Source of the DNA: a candidate division TA06 bacterium SM23_40
GTDB lineage: Bacteria > LJUI01 > SM1-40
Direction: 5' to 3'
Assembly (NCBI GenBank): GCA_001303705.1
Contig: LJUI01000007.1
Location: forward strand, 1 to 62,985
Length of the DNA stretch: 62,985 bases
Shown: positions 36,033 through 45,127 of the stretch, piece after piece
How positions within the stretch are numbered: position 1 is the first letter of the stretch
Layout of the letters: every line of letters begins with the position of its first letter
Notes under the pieces: generated by a model
The model's database searches: none
Seen by the model: the letters and a program-made list of their open reading frames with translations, nothing else
What the model was told of the DNA's origin: nothing
Translations under genes and position numbers: made by a program

Positions 36033-37769
36033 CTAGAACATCGGGGGCTCCCGGTATTCGCCGAATTCCTTGCGGAGCACATCCAGCATCTCACCCAACG
36101 TGGCATACTCTCTCACAGCATTCAGTATGTGAGGCATCAGGTTCTCGCCGTTGCGTGCTGCCTGACCGAGCCGCTGCAACGACGAGGTGAGTGCCTTATT
36201 GTCTCGCGCCGCCTTCACGGACCTCAAGTTGGCCACCTGTTCCTTCTCGATCGCAGGATCGATCTTGAGAAGCAGGATCTCGATCTTCTCACCTTTTTCC
36301 ACGAATTCGTTTACCCCGACGACGACTTTGCGTTTCCTTTCGATCGCCTTCTGATAGTCGTACGCGGCCCTCGCGATCTCCCGCTGGAAGAATCCCATCT
36401 CTATCGCTTTCACCACCCCACCCAGTTCGTCGATCTTGCGGAAGTACTCCTCTGCTTCCTCCTCCATCTTGTTGGTGAGCGATTCGACAAAGTACGAGCC
36501 CCCGAGAGGATCGATGACGTTCGCAACACCGGTCTCGTAGGCGATCAACTGCTGGGTCCGCAGAGCGATGCGGACTGCTTTCTCTGTGGGGAGCGCAAGG
36601 GTCTCATCCATCGAGTTCGTATGGAGGCTCTGCGTTCCACCCAACACCGCAGCCAGCCCCTGGTATGCCGTCCGCACAATGTTGTTCTCCGGCTGCTGCG
36701 CGGTGAGCGAGCACCCCGCGGTCTGCGTATGAAACCTCACGAGCCACGAGCGTGGGTCTTTTGCTCCGTATTTCTCGCGCATCCGCCGGGCCCAGATACG
36801 CCTCGCGGCTCGGTACTTCGCGATCTCCTCGAAGAAGTCCACGTGGGAGTTGAAGAAGAAGGAGAGACGCGGAGCGAATGTGTCGACGTCGACCCCGGCG
36901 GCGATCCCTGCTTCGACGTACGCGAACCCGTCGGCTAGCGTGAACGCGAGTTCCTGAACCGCCGTCGATCCTGCCTCACGGATATGATACCCCGAGATCG
37001 AAATCGTGTTCCAGCGGGGGACCTCCTCCGCACAATACCCCATGATATCGGTGATGATCCGAATCGACGGCTCGGGCGGAAAGATCCACGACTTCTGTGC
37101 GATATACTCCTTCAGGATGTCATTCTGAATTGTCCCCGTGAGGAGTCTGGAATCGACGCCCTGCTTCTCGCCTACGGCGACGTACATGGCAAGGAGAATC
37201 GAGGCCGGGGCATTGATTGTCATCGAGGTGCTGATCTTTTCCAGGGGGATCCCATCGAAGAGGATTTCCATGTCCTTCAGGGTGTCGATGGCCACTCCGC
37301 AGCGGCCTACCTCGCCCCGCGACAGAGGATGGTCGGAGTCACGACCCATGATCGTTGGCATGTCGAAAGCAACCGACAGACCGGTCTGTCCCCGATCGAG
37401 CAGGTAGTGATAGCGCTCGTTCGTCAGTTTCGGTGTGGCAAAGCCCGAGAACTGGCGCATCGTCCACAGACGACCGCGATACATGTTGAGCCGCACTCCC
37501 CTTGTATAGGGATACTCGCCGGGCAGCCCCAGGTCACGCAGGTAGTCGATATCTTCGGTATCCGGGGGCGTGTACACGATCTCGACCGGTAGTCCGGACA
37601 CAGTCGTGAAGTCCCAATCCCTATCCTTCGCCCCGCTCGCCCGCCGCTGATCCCACGCCTCCCGCGCCTGTTCGATCTTCGCCCGTTCCTCGTTAGGTCG
37701 TGCCGCTGCCTGCCCCGCGCCGTGCGCCTCAGCGTCCACTCCTTTGTCCGCCTCTCGGGTCTTGCTCAT
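36033..37769 (-). CDS. Cobalamin-dependent acyl-CoA mutase large subunit carrying the isobutyryl-CoA-mutase-type Phe/Gln substrate signature
   Basis: [14 protein letters not shown]...[17 protein letters not shown]...[23 protein letters not shown]...[12 protein letters not shown]. It lacks a fused B12 domain; that domain is encoded at 26422-26823. Confidence 0.85.
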   Translation of the reverse strand: MSKTREADKGVDAEAHGAGQAAARPNEERAKIEQAREAWDQRRASGAKDRDWDFTTVSGLPVEIVYTPPDTEDIDYLRDLGLPGEYPYTRGVRLNMYRGRLWTMRQFSGFATPKLTNERYHYLLDRGQTGLSVAFDMPTIMGRDSDHPLSRGEVGRCGVAIDTLKDMEILFDGIPLEKISTSMTINAPASILLAMYVAVGEKQGVDSRLLTGTIQNDILKEYIAQKSWIFPPEPSIRIITDIMGYCAEEVPRWNTISISGYHIREAGSTAVQELAFTLADGFAYVEAGIAAGVDVDTFAPRLSFFFNSHVDFFEEIAKYRAARRIWARRMREKYGAKDPRSWLVRFHTQTAGCSLTAQQPENNIVRTAYQGLAAVLGGTQSLHTNSMDETLALPTEKAVRIALRTQQLIAYETGVANVIDPLGGSYFVESLTNKMEEEAEEYFRKIDELGGVVKAIEMGFFQREIARAAYDYQKAIERKRKVVVGVNEFVEKGEKIEILLLKIDPAIEKEQVANLRSVKAARDNKALTSSLQRLGQAARNGENLMPHILNAVREYATLGEMLDVLRKEFGEYREPPMF

Positions 37770-38728
37770 ATCTCATTTCCTCCGAATACTCCCACTAGAC
37801 CTTTTGCCTCGAGGATCCTCCTGGCCGCACTCACCGGTGTCTCCTCCCCATCCACCACCAGGTCAACATAACTGCTCAACTCCCCGTACCCTCCTGGTCC
37901 CCAGAGCTCCTGGCGGAGCCGCGTCTCCACGAGCGTGCGCACCTCCGACTCGATTCGCCTGCGTCTCCGATCCTGAAGCAGCGCATGGGTCTCGAGGAAC
38001 ACCCGATGCCGACCGATGGCCTCGAACAACTCGTCGATCCCGCCGGCCTCTGTGGCGATGGTGCACAGCACGAGCGTCTCCCAATCTGTCTCTGCCTTGA
38101 GCTGCAGTATCGATTCGATCTCGAGCACCGCGCGATCCGCACCGTCATGATCAGCCTTATTGACGACGAACAGATCGCCTATCTCCATCAGACCCGCTTT
38201 CATCGCCTGCACGGCATCGCCGAATGCCGGAACGAGCACAACAATCGTCGTATCGGATACCTCGGCGATGTCGAGCTCCACTTGCCCAACTCCCACCGTC
38301 TCTATGATGATGACATCCTTCCCGAATGCATCGAGTACATCTGCCACCTGACGTGCGGTCGTCGCCAGCCCACCGCGGCTGCCCCGGCTCGCCATGCTCC
38401 GAATGAAGACGTCCGGGTCAGTTGCCACATCGGCCATGCGGATTCTGTCGCCGAGAATCGCGCCGCCCGAGAACGGACTTGTCGGATCGACGCCAATGAT
38501 ACCGATTTTCGAGCCCGCACTTCGGAACTTCAATGCGAGCTTATCGACAAGGGTCGATTTCCCAACCCCGGGCGGCCCGGTGACTCCGATCCGATATCCT
38601 CCTCCCGTATGGGGAAAGAGTGCATGCATGAATTCAGTCGCCTCGGGTCTCCCGTTCTCGACTATAGACATCACCCGGGCGGCGGCGATGGCGTCACCGG
38701 CAAGAAGTCGATCGACAAGATCCTTCAA
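37766..38728 (-). CDS. meaB: MeaB/ArgK-type G-protein chaperone of acyl-CoA mutases
   Basis: [35 protein letters not shown]. Its stop overlaps the mutase start by 4 nt. Confidence 0.9.
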   Translation of the reverse strand: MKDLVDRLLAGDAIAAARVMSIVENGRPEATEFMHALFPHTGGGYRIGVTGPPGVGKSTLVDKLALKFRSAGSKIGIIGVDPTSPFSGGAILGDRIRMADVATDPDVFIRSMASRGSRGGLATTARQVADVLDAFGKDVIIIETVGVGQVELDIAEVSDTTIVVLVPAFGDAVQAMKAGLMEIGDLFVVNKADHDGADRAVLEIESILQLKAETDWETLVLCTIATEAGGIDELFEAIGRHRVFLETHALLQDRRRRRIESEVRTLVETRLRQELWGPGGYGELSSYVDLVVDGEETPVSAARRILEAKGLVGVFGGNEI

Positions 38729-39255
38729 TACTCGACTCCTTCTCGTGCCTCGAGCCCTGAGTGATAGTGATGCTTCACCTCTCTCACTTCGCTCACCAGA
38801 TCAGCCCGCTCAATAATCTCGCTGGGGGCGTATCGGCCGGTTAGTATCATTTCTACACGCAGTGGCTTCACATCGATCAGGTCCACCACGTCCTTGACCG
38901 ACACCAATCCATAGTCGATAGCGACGTTGATCTCGTCGAGTATCACTATGTCGTACTCCCCGCCGGTGACGGCGTCACGTGCCAGCTTCATTCCTTCTCT
39001 GGCCAAGCGGAGATCCTCCTTGCCCGGATTCCCCTTGGCGACGAACGTCGGGAGCCCGGACTGGACGATGGTAAATCCCGGGATCTTCTCTGCAAGCAGG
39101 AGCTCCCCGTAGTTGGGATCCCCCTTCATGAACTGGATCATGCAGACGGTGAACCCGTGACCGAGAGCTCGCACCGCGGCGCCGAGGGCGGCAGTCGTCT
39201 TCCCCTTGCCTTTCCCGGTATAGACCTGAACCGTCCCTCTCGACAACGGCGACAT
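38725..39255 (-). CDS. cobO: ATP:cob(I)alamin adenosyltransferase (CobA/BtuR/CobO type)
   Basis: ATG 39255 with GAGGGGG upstream. VQVYTGKGKGKTTAALGAAVRALGHGF...IQFMKG...ILDEINVA. Confidence 0.85.
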   Translation of the reverse strand: MSPLSRGTVQVYTGKGKGKTTAALGAAVRALGHGFTVCMIQFMKGDPNYGELLLAEKIPGFTIVQSGLPTFVAKGNPGKEDLRLAREGMKLARDAVTGGEYDIVILDEINVAIDYGLVSVKDVVDLIDVKPLRVEMILTGRYAPSEIIERADLVSEVREVKHHYHSGLEAREGVEY

Positions 39256-39266
39256 CGCTGCCCCCT

Positions 39267-40412
39267 CTATTTCCCCTCCTCGCGCCGGACAAGGCGCGTG
39301 ACTTTGCCAACTACTGCGTCGAGTGTGTTTTCGATCTCGTCGCAAGTCGAGCGGTAAACATCGAGATCGCCACCTATCGGATCTTCAACCGACCCTTTCC
39401 CGCCGGCAAGTTGCTTGAGCAGATACACCTTCGATTCGCCGCCGGGCTCAAGCTCGAGCACCCGCTCGCGATGATATGGCTCCATACAGAGTATGATGTC
39501 AGCCTCCCGGACCAGACGCGCGTTGAGGGGCCTCGAGGAATGACTCCTTATATCGACACCCCGCTCCGAGACGACCATGATTGCATTCTCCGTCGGCGGT
39601 TCCCCTGCGATGGCCGCGGCCCCGGCAGACGCCACCACAACCTGCCGGGCGAGCACTCTATCGAGACGAGCCCTGAACAGGCCCTCGGCCATAGGGCTGC
39701 GACAGAGGTTCCCCGTGCACACGAACAGGACCGTCAGTCGGTCCTCGACGTTGCACTCGGCACCGAGCGACCGCTCCACATCCTCGAGAGGCACCGCCCC
39801 CCGCCGAACCAGATGCGCAGGGCTCCTGGACAGATCCACAACCGTCGACTCCACCGTCCGTCCCGCAGATCCGCCATCGAGGATAAGATCTACCTCGCGG
39901 CCAAGGACAGAACCCACTTCCTTCGCACTACGGCTTGCCGGTTTTCCAGAGAGATTGGCACTCGTCGTCGCAAGGGGTGAGCTGAGCCCTGAGAGGAGAG
40001 CACGTAGGGGCTGGTGGCCAGGTACGCGGATCCCGATGTTCCCGGCGGAGGAGATAATCGCCTCGGGAACCTCAGAAGATGCGCGGAGTATGAGTGTGAG
40101 AGGTCCCGGCCAGTGCTCCTCCACGAGTCTTACGACGTCGTCGGAGACACCGTCGGTCCACCGAGCCAATGACTCACTGTCCGCAAGAAAGAGAACGAGC
40201 GGCTTTGAACGATCTCTCCCCTTGATCCGGTAGATGCGCTCGATCGCCCGGGTCTCCGTGGCCAGGGCACCGAGCCCATACACAGTGTCCGTGGGGAATG
40301 CGACGACACCTCCGCTCTCGAGGATCTCGGTCGCCCGTGCAAGCGTCTTCCCAAGCGATCTGCCTTGATGCAACTTGACCGTTTTCGTCCTGCACATCAC
40401 CCTGGACACCAT
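39267..40412 (-). CDS. Fusion of L-threonylcarbamoyladenylate synthase (TsaC/Sua5/YrdC) with a low-molecular-weight phosphatase domain
   Basis: The N-terminal half (VVAFPTDTVYGLGA...IYRIKGRDRSKPL) is YrdC-like. The C-terminal half (VLFVCTGNLCRSPMAEG) carries the LMW-PTP CX5R P-loop. Confidence 0.85.
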   Translation of the reverse strand: MVSRVMCRTKTVKLHQGRSLGKTLARATEILESGGVVAFPTDTVYGLGALATETRAIERIYRIKGRDRSKPLVLFLADSESLARWTDGVSDDVVRLVEEHWPGPLTLILRASSEVPEAIISSAGNIGIRVPGHQPLRALLSGLSSPLATTSANLSGKPASRSAKEVGSVLGREVDLILDGGSAGRTVESTVVDLSRSPAHLVRRGAVPLEDVERSLGAECNVEDRLTVLFVCTGNLCRSPMAEGLFRARLDRVLARQVVVASAGAAAIAGEPPTENAIMVVSERGVDIRSHSSRPLNARLVREADIILCMEPYHRERVLELEPGGESKVYLLKQLAGGKGSVEDPIGGDLDVYRSTCDEIENTLDAVVGKVTRLVRREEGK

Positions 40413-40469
40413 TCAGATCGTCTGGGCACCATATTCGACGTATGCGCGTGCGTTACGAACGATTCCGCT

Positions 40470-40934
40470 TCATCGCGATCCCAAACGTTCACGATAGGCA
40501 TTGAGACGGAGCGCGATATCCGGATCGGCCAGCGCCAGAATACGAGCCGCAAGCAAGGCAGCGTTCTTCGCACCGCTCCGCCCTACGCCCACCGTCGCGA
40601 CGGGAACTCCGGAGGGCATCTGGACGGTAGAGAGCAGAGCATCGAATCCGGCAAGAGGCGTCGATGCAAGCGGCACTCCGACTACCGGGAGCATCGTCTC
40701 GCTGGCGATCGCGCCGGCAAGATGCGCCGCGCCGCCTGCTCCAGCGATGATGATGCGCAGCCCACGATCCGAGGCAGTCCTCGCCCATTCACGCGTGCGC
40801 ACCGGATTGCGATGGGCGGACGATACGAGAACCTCGTGGGAAATGCCGAGCTCTTGTAAGATCTCGGCCGCCCCATTCATCACCTCGGCGTCGCTCTGGC
40901 TGCCCATCACGATGCCGACGATCGGCTTCTCCAT
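40470..40934 (-). CDS. purE: N5-carboxyaminoimidazole ribonucleotide mutase
   Basis: IVGIVMGSQSDAEVM...SAHRNP...IIAGAGGAAHLAG. Confidence 0.9.
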   Translation of the reverse strand: MEKPIVGIVMGSQSDAEVMNGAAEILQELGISHEVLVSSAHRNPVRTREWARTASDRGLRIIIAGAGGAAHLAGAIASETMLPVVGVPLASTPLAGFDALLSTVQMPSGVPVATVGVGRSGAKNAALLAARILALADPDIALRLNAYRERLGSR

Positions 40935-42217
40935 TACTCACCTTCGATTGCAGAAAGCCCTCTCGCGCCGATATCCTTTCGATAGTGCATCCCCTCGAAC
41001 GAGACTTTCGCCACGCCCTGGTATGCACGGTCTATCGCATCCCTGAGATCGCTGCCCACGCCGGTCACGCCGAGCACCCTCCCCCCGGCCGACACTGATT
41101 TCCCCTCGACGTGCGACGTCGCGGCATGGAAGACGTAGACCCCCGAGATGCTTTCGGCATCCTCAATGCCAGATATCTCGAAGCCGGTGCCGCTCGGCCC
41201 CGGGTACCCGCCCGAGGCAAGCACCACACACGCGGCAGCTCCCTCAGACCACTCAAGCGTGATGTCGGCGAGACGTCCCTCGCAGGCCGCCACCATCACC
41301 TCAACGAGGTCGGTCTCGAGCAGCGGAACGATAGGCTGGGTCTCGGGATCGCCAAACCGGCAGTTGAATTCGAGCACCTTCACCTGCCCTTCCGAGACGA
41401 TTACGCCTGCGTACAGAGCTCCCTTGTATGGGGCACCGGCATCTCTGAGGGCGTTGACAACCGGCGCTGCAACATCTCTCTCGATCGTCTGCAGCAGCTC
41501 GGGAGTAATGACAGGTGCTGGAGCATATGCGCCCATCCCGCCCGTATTGGGGCCGCGGTCACCGTCGAGGATCCGCTTGTGATCCTGGGATGGCATGAGC
41601 GGGACGAGGGTCTCTCCATCGGTGAGAAAGAGAACTGAGGCCTCCTCACCCGTGAGATACTCCTCGACAACCACCTTCGCCCCTGCCTCACCGAACGCAA
41701 GATGGGTCATCATCCTGTCGACCGCGTCGCGCGCCGAGTCGTAGCTCTGGACGATAATGCTCCCTTTCCCAGCGGCAAGGCCATCTGCCTTTACGACGAC
41801 CGGATATGAGCACTCCTTGAGATAGGTCAGCGCTTCATCGCGCGATGTGAAGACGGCGTACGCGCCAGTCGGGATGTCATGGGCGACCATGAACTCCTTG
41901 GCGAAGGCCTTGCTTCCTTCGATGTGGGCGGCGGCCTCCGTAGGCCCGAACGTCATCAGCCCGTTCCTCTCGAACCGATCAACGATCCCGTCGACGAGCG
42001 GAGCCTCGGGCCCTACGACGGTGAGATCGATCGCATTGGCTACCGCGAAGTTACAGAGATCATCGATCGCGCCGGCCGGGATATCTATGCACTCGCCGAT
42101 GCGGGCCATACCGGCGTTGCCCGGAGCGCAGAAGATCTTCTCCGCCTTGGGGCTCTGCCTGATCTTCCAGGCGAGTGCGTGCTCCCGCCCCCCTCCACCG
42201 ATGACGAGGATCTTCAC
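40934..42217 (-). CDS. purD: Phosphoribosylamine-glycine ligase
   Basis: GTG 42217 gives VKILVIGGGGREHALAWKI... and a 427-aa product. The 111 residues that the track adds upstream are Gly/Arg/Pro-rich and not PurD-like. Confidence 0.85.
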   Translation of the reverse strand: MKILVIGGGGREHALAWKIRQSPKAEKIFCAPGNAGMARIGECIDIPAGAIDDLCNFAVANAIDLTVVGPEAPLVDGIVDRFERNGLMTFGPTEAAAHIEGSKAFAKEFMVAHDIPTGAYAVFTSRDEALTYLKECSYPVVVKADGLAAGKGSIIVQSYDSARDAVDRMMTHLAFGEAGAKVVVEEYLTGEEASVLFLTDGETLVPLMPSQDHKRILDGDRGPNTGGMGAYAPAPVITPELLQTIERDVAAPVVNALRDAGAPYKGALYAGVIVSEGQVKVLEFNCRFGDPETQPIVPLLETDLVEVMVAACEGRLADITLEWSEGAAACVVLASGGYPGPSGTGFEISGIEDAESISGVYVFHAATSHVEGKSVSAGGRVLGVTGVGSDLRDAIDRAYQGVAKVSFEGMHYRKDIGARGLSAIEGE

Positions 42218-42287
42218 GTGCCTTCCCTTCTTGCCTTGTGATACACGACCGTCCAACCGATCCCTTTCGGTGCTGACGTCGCTAACG

Positions 42288-42316
42288 AAGCTATCACACC
42301 CATCTTTCGAAATCAA
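42288..42316 (-). promoter_or_regulatory. sigma70-type promoter candidate TTGATT-N17-TAGCTT upstream of purD
   Basis: Minus-strand TTGATT at 42316-42311, a 17-nt spacer, TAGCTT at 42293-42288. Confidence 0.35.
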
Positions 42317-42497
42317 GCAGAATTTGAGGATAGCATCCCGTGCTCCGTTCCCCGGTCCTGGCCCATAGCCCACGGGGCGCTTCTCAACGAGCTGGCATCC
42401 CTGCGCCGGCACCTGCCCAGAGGGTCCCTGCCAGCCCCCCCTCCCCCCCCCGCCTGTGATCGGCGGTAATTCCCGAACGGAGGACGCCTTTTTGGGG

Positions 42498-42526
42498 TTG
42501 GCACGATACCGCTTTTGGGGTAGACT
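42498..42526 (+). promoter_or_regulatory. sigma70-type promoter candidate TTGGCA-N17-TAGACT upstream of the transporter gene
   Basis: TTGGCA at 42498-42503, a 17-nt spacer, TAGACT at 42521-42526. It lies about 40 nt upstream of ATG 42568. Confidence 0.45.
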
Positions 42527-42567
42527 GGCTCGACTCATCCGGGGAATCACGCCAACGAGAGGGAACC

Positions 42568-44766
42568 ATGATCAGCCTCAGAATCGGTAGACGAGATCCC
42601 CTGCCCCAGAGAGAACGGCACAAGCTGGGGGCGTTTATCGGGGTGTTCACGCCCTCGATCCTCACTATACTCGGCGTCATCATGTATCTCCGATTCGGCT
42701 GGGTCGTGGGAAATGTGGGCCTCGTTGGCGCCCTGGTCATCGTCGTAATCGCCAACCTGATCACGCTCATCACTGCCCTGTCCGTCTCGGCCGTAGCCTC
42801 CAACATGGACGTGGGCGTCGGTGGTGCATACTATCTCATCTCCCGGAGTCTGGGGCTCGAGATCGGCGCAGCCATCGGACTCCCACTCTATCTCTCTCAG
42901 GCCTTATCCGTAACACTGTATAGCTTTGGTCTCGCCGAATCGCTCCGCATCGTCTGGCCGGAGGTCCCGCTCCAGCCGACAACGCTCGTCGTCATCTTTG
43001 CGGTCACCCTCCTCTCTACCAGGGGGGCATCGATTGCCCTCAGGTCGCAGCTGCCGGTCATGGCAGCGATAGGCCTCTCCCTCGCCGTCTTCTTCGTCGG
43101 AGGGAGCTCGGGCGGCCATGTCCCGGGTTCCTTTCTCGACGTGGGCGGCCCGCTCGGCTTCTGGGCGGTGTTCGCCGTCTTCTTCCCGGCAGTCACCGGT
43201 ATCATGGCCGGAGTGAGTCTCTCTGGCGATTTGAGAGACCCGCAGAAGTCGATCGCCAGGGGGATCATCGCCGCTGTACTCGTTGGCTTCGCCGTCTACC
43301 TGCTCGTGCCCATAGTGCTCGCATTCAATGCTGACCGCGAATCACTGATTCGCGATAGCCTCGTATGGACCAAGATCGCCATCTGGCCGGCGCTCATCTT
43401 CCCCGGACTGTGGGGTGCGATCCTTTCCTCGGCAGTGGGGAGCATCCTCGGGGCGCCGAGAACTCTCCAGGCCCTGGCCATGGATCGCGTTGCCCCTCGA
43501 TTCCTCGGGAGGGCGTCCGCCAGGGGCGCCGGGCCGCTCGCCGCCATCCTCTTCTCAGGTGCCATCGCCATGGCGGCCGTCGGACTGGGAAACCTCAACG
43601 CGGTCGCCCGGGTCCTGACTATGTTCTTCCTCACCACCTACGGGATGATCAATCTCGTGGCAGGACTGGAGAAACTGGTGGGGGATCCGTCGTACCGGCC
43701 CACGTTCAACATCCCCTGGTGGGTCTCGTTCGCCGGGGCATTCGGCTGTCTCGCCGCAATGTGGCTGATGCATCCCCTGGCATGTGTGGCGGCGATCGTG
43801 ATAGAGCTCAGTCTCTGGCTGGCCCTGCGGCGGCGTGCAGTCAAGGCAACGTGGGGGGATCTGCGGCGCGGGCTATGGATGGCGGGACTGAGATATGCAT
43901 TGATCAGACTCAAGGGCACGCCTGAGGATCCCCGTAACTGGCGCCCCAACATCCTCGTTTTCGCCGGCGAGGTCGAGAGACGACCGGAACTCGTGAGATT
44001 TGCCTCCTGGTTCAGCCAGAATAGGGGAATCGTCACGGTCTGCGATCTCATAGAGGGCGACTTGGTGGAGGGCGACATTGCTATCGACGAACGCCGGGAA
44101 CAGATGAACCAGTTCCTGGATGTCAGAGGGTACCTGGCCTTTGGCGAGGTTCATGTCGTCCACGATTTCGAGGACGGAGTCGTAAGCGTCTCCCAGGCGA
44201 ATGGGATTGCCGGAGTGGCATCGAATACGCTGATGTTCGGCTGGAGCCGGGATCACGAGCGAATGGCATCATACTTCCGGATCATGCGCCAGGTGTCGAG
44301 ACTCCACAAATCGATGATCCTCCTGAGACACAATCCCAGAAACATGCTCGCGCGCACAAAGCACATCGACATCTGGTGGGGCGGCCTGCAGCAAAACGGA
44401 GATCTGATGCTCCTTCTCGCCCACCTCCTCTCCCTCAATCACGAGTGGAGCAACGCCAAGATCACCATCAAGAGCATCGCCTCGAATGAGCTAGTGCAGG
44501 CCGAGACCGAACGGCGTCTCGCCGTCATGATCCCCCAAGTCCGCATCAAGGCCGAACAGAAGGTACGACTCAGATCAGACGACCGCCCGGTCATCGACAC
44601 CATCCATGAAGAATCACGCGATGCGGAGGTAGTCTTTCTCGGTCTGGCACAGCCAGACCCCGGGGAGGAAGCCGAATACGCCGGACGGCTCGCCAAGATG
44701 ATGGAGGGCCTCCCCACTGTCGTACTCGTCAAGAACTCCAGCATGTTCGCCGGCGACCTCGTCTAA
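42568..44766 (+). CDS. APC-superfamily permease of the cation-chloride cotransporter (SLC12-like) type with a large cytosolic C-terminal domain
   Basis: About 12 predicted TM helices (FIGVFTPSILTILGVIMYLRFGWVVG...) followed by a soluble domain of about 270 aa. Confidence 0.75.
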   Translation: MISLRIGRRDPLPQRERHKLGAFIGVFTPSILTILGVIMYLRFGWVVGNVGLVGALVIVVIANLITLITALSVSAVASNMDVGVGGAYYLISRSLGLEIGAAIGLPLYLSQALSVTLYSFGLAESLRIVWPEVPLQPTTLVVIFAVTLLSTRGASIALRSQLPVMAAIGLSLAVFFVGGSSGGHVPGSFLDVGGPLGFWAVFAVFFPAVTGIMAGVSLSGDLRDPQKSIARGIIAAVLVGFAVYLLVPIVLAFNADRESLIRDSLVWTKIAIWPALIFPGLWGAILSSAVGSILGAPRTLQALAMDRVAPRFLGRASARGAGPLAAILFSGAIAMAAVGLGNLNAVARVLTMFFLTTYGMINLVAGLEKLVGDPSYRPTFNIPWWVSFAGAFGCLAAMWLMHPLACVAAIVIELSLWLALRRRAVKATWGDLRRGLWMAGLRYALIRLKGTPEDPRNWRPNILVFAGEVERRPELVRFASWFSQNRGIVTVCDLIEGDLVEGDIAIDERREQMNQFLDVRGYLAFGEVHVVHDFEDGVVSVSQANGIAGVASNTLMFGWSRDHERMASYFRIMRQVSRLHKSMILLRHNPRNMLARTKHIDIWWGGLQQNGDLMLLLAHLLSLNHEWSNAKITIKSIASNELVQAETERRLAVMIPQVRIKAEQKVRLRSDDRPVIDTIHEESRDAEVVFLGLAQPDPGEEAEYAGRLAKMMEGLPTVVLVKNSSMFAGDLV

Positions 44767-44794
44767 CGGGGACGTTGGTAGGTTCAGAAGGTTA
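44767..44794. repeat. Left arm of 28-bp perfect inverted repeat
   Basis: CGGGGACGTTGGTAGGTTCAGAAGGTTA. It begins 1 nt after the TAA stop at 44764-44766 and is the exact reverse complement of 45087-45114. Confidence 0.95.
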
Positions 44795-44993
44795 TCTGCA
44801 ACGCACCTCAACTCTTAGACATCTGAGTTTCTCTCACACACCCTCCCTCGCGCTGCATCCTACCTGCTGCCCAAGACGCCGGATACCCAATCCAAATCTC
44901 GCCTTTTCTGTGCAGCTGGCCTGCGGTCTGAGCAAGGGTATCAACGTCCTATAACGCAAGAACCTCGATAGAAGGTCGAGATAGAGATTTCTT

Positions 44994-45022
44994 TTGACAG
45001 GCTGTGCCACCATACGTATACT
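44994..45022 (+). promoter_or_regulatory. Consensus-like sigma70 promoter TTGACA-N17-TATACT inside the IR-bracketed cassette
   Basis: TTGACA at 44994-44999, a 17-nt spacer, TATACT at 45017-45022. It points towards the gene at 45128. Confidence 0.6.
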
Positions 45023-45025
45023 CGA

Positions 45026-45041
45026 TGGCACTAGTGTGGCA
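45026..45041 (+). promoter_or_regulatory. sigma54-like element TGGCAC-N5-TGGCA (GG-N10-GC preserved, one mismatch in -12 box)
   Basis: TGGCACtagtgTGGCA directly follows the -10 box. No GGTGCGG palindrome was seen upstream of it. Confidence 0.3.
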
Positions 45042-45086
45042 GATAGACGGCAATAACCTTCAAGATCTAGATACGTCCCTGGTTCG

Positions 45087-45114
45087 TAACCTTCTGAACC
45101 TACCAACGTCCCCG
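45087..45114. repeat. Right arm of 28-bp perfect inverted repeat
   Basis: TAACCTTCTGAACCTACCAACGTCCCCG. It ends 13 nt before ATG 45128, and the RBS GGAAGGAGG follows immediately. Confidence 0.95.
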
Positions 45115-45127
45115 GAAGGAGGTAGAG

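Noticed and set aside
42435-42451. C7-T-C9 homopolymeric tract in the divergent purD/transporter promoter region as a slipped-strand phase-variation tract.
   Set aside because: It lies about 50 nt upstream of the -35 box of the transporter promoter and more than 100 nt from the purD promoter. Length changes there would not alter spacer geometry, and there is no evidence of variation from a single consensus sequence.
44767-45114. Interpreting the 28-bp inverted repeats as a retron-like a1/a2 stem or as a giant transcription terminator.
   Set aside because: No RT gene is adjacent, as the only RT is the intron IEP 14 kb away. A 292-nt loop with an internal consensus promoter is not terminator-like, and no U-tract follows the right arm.
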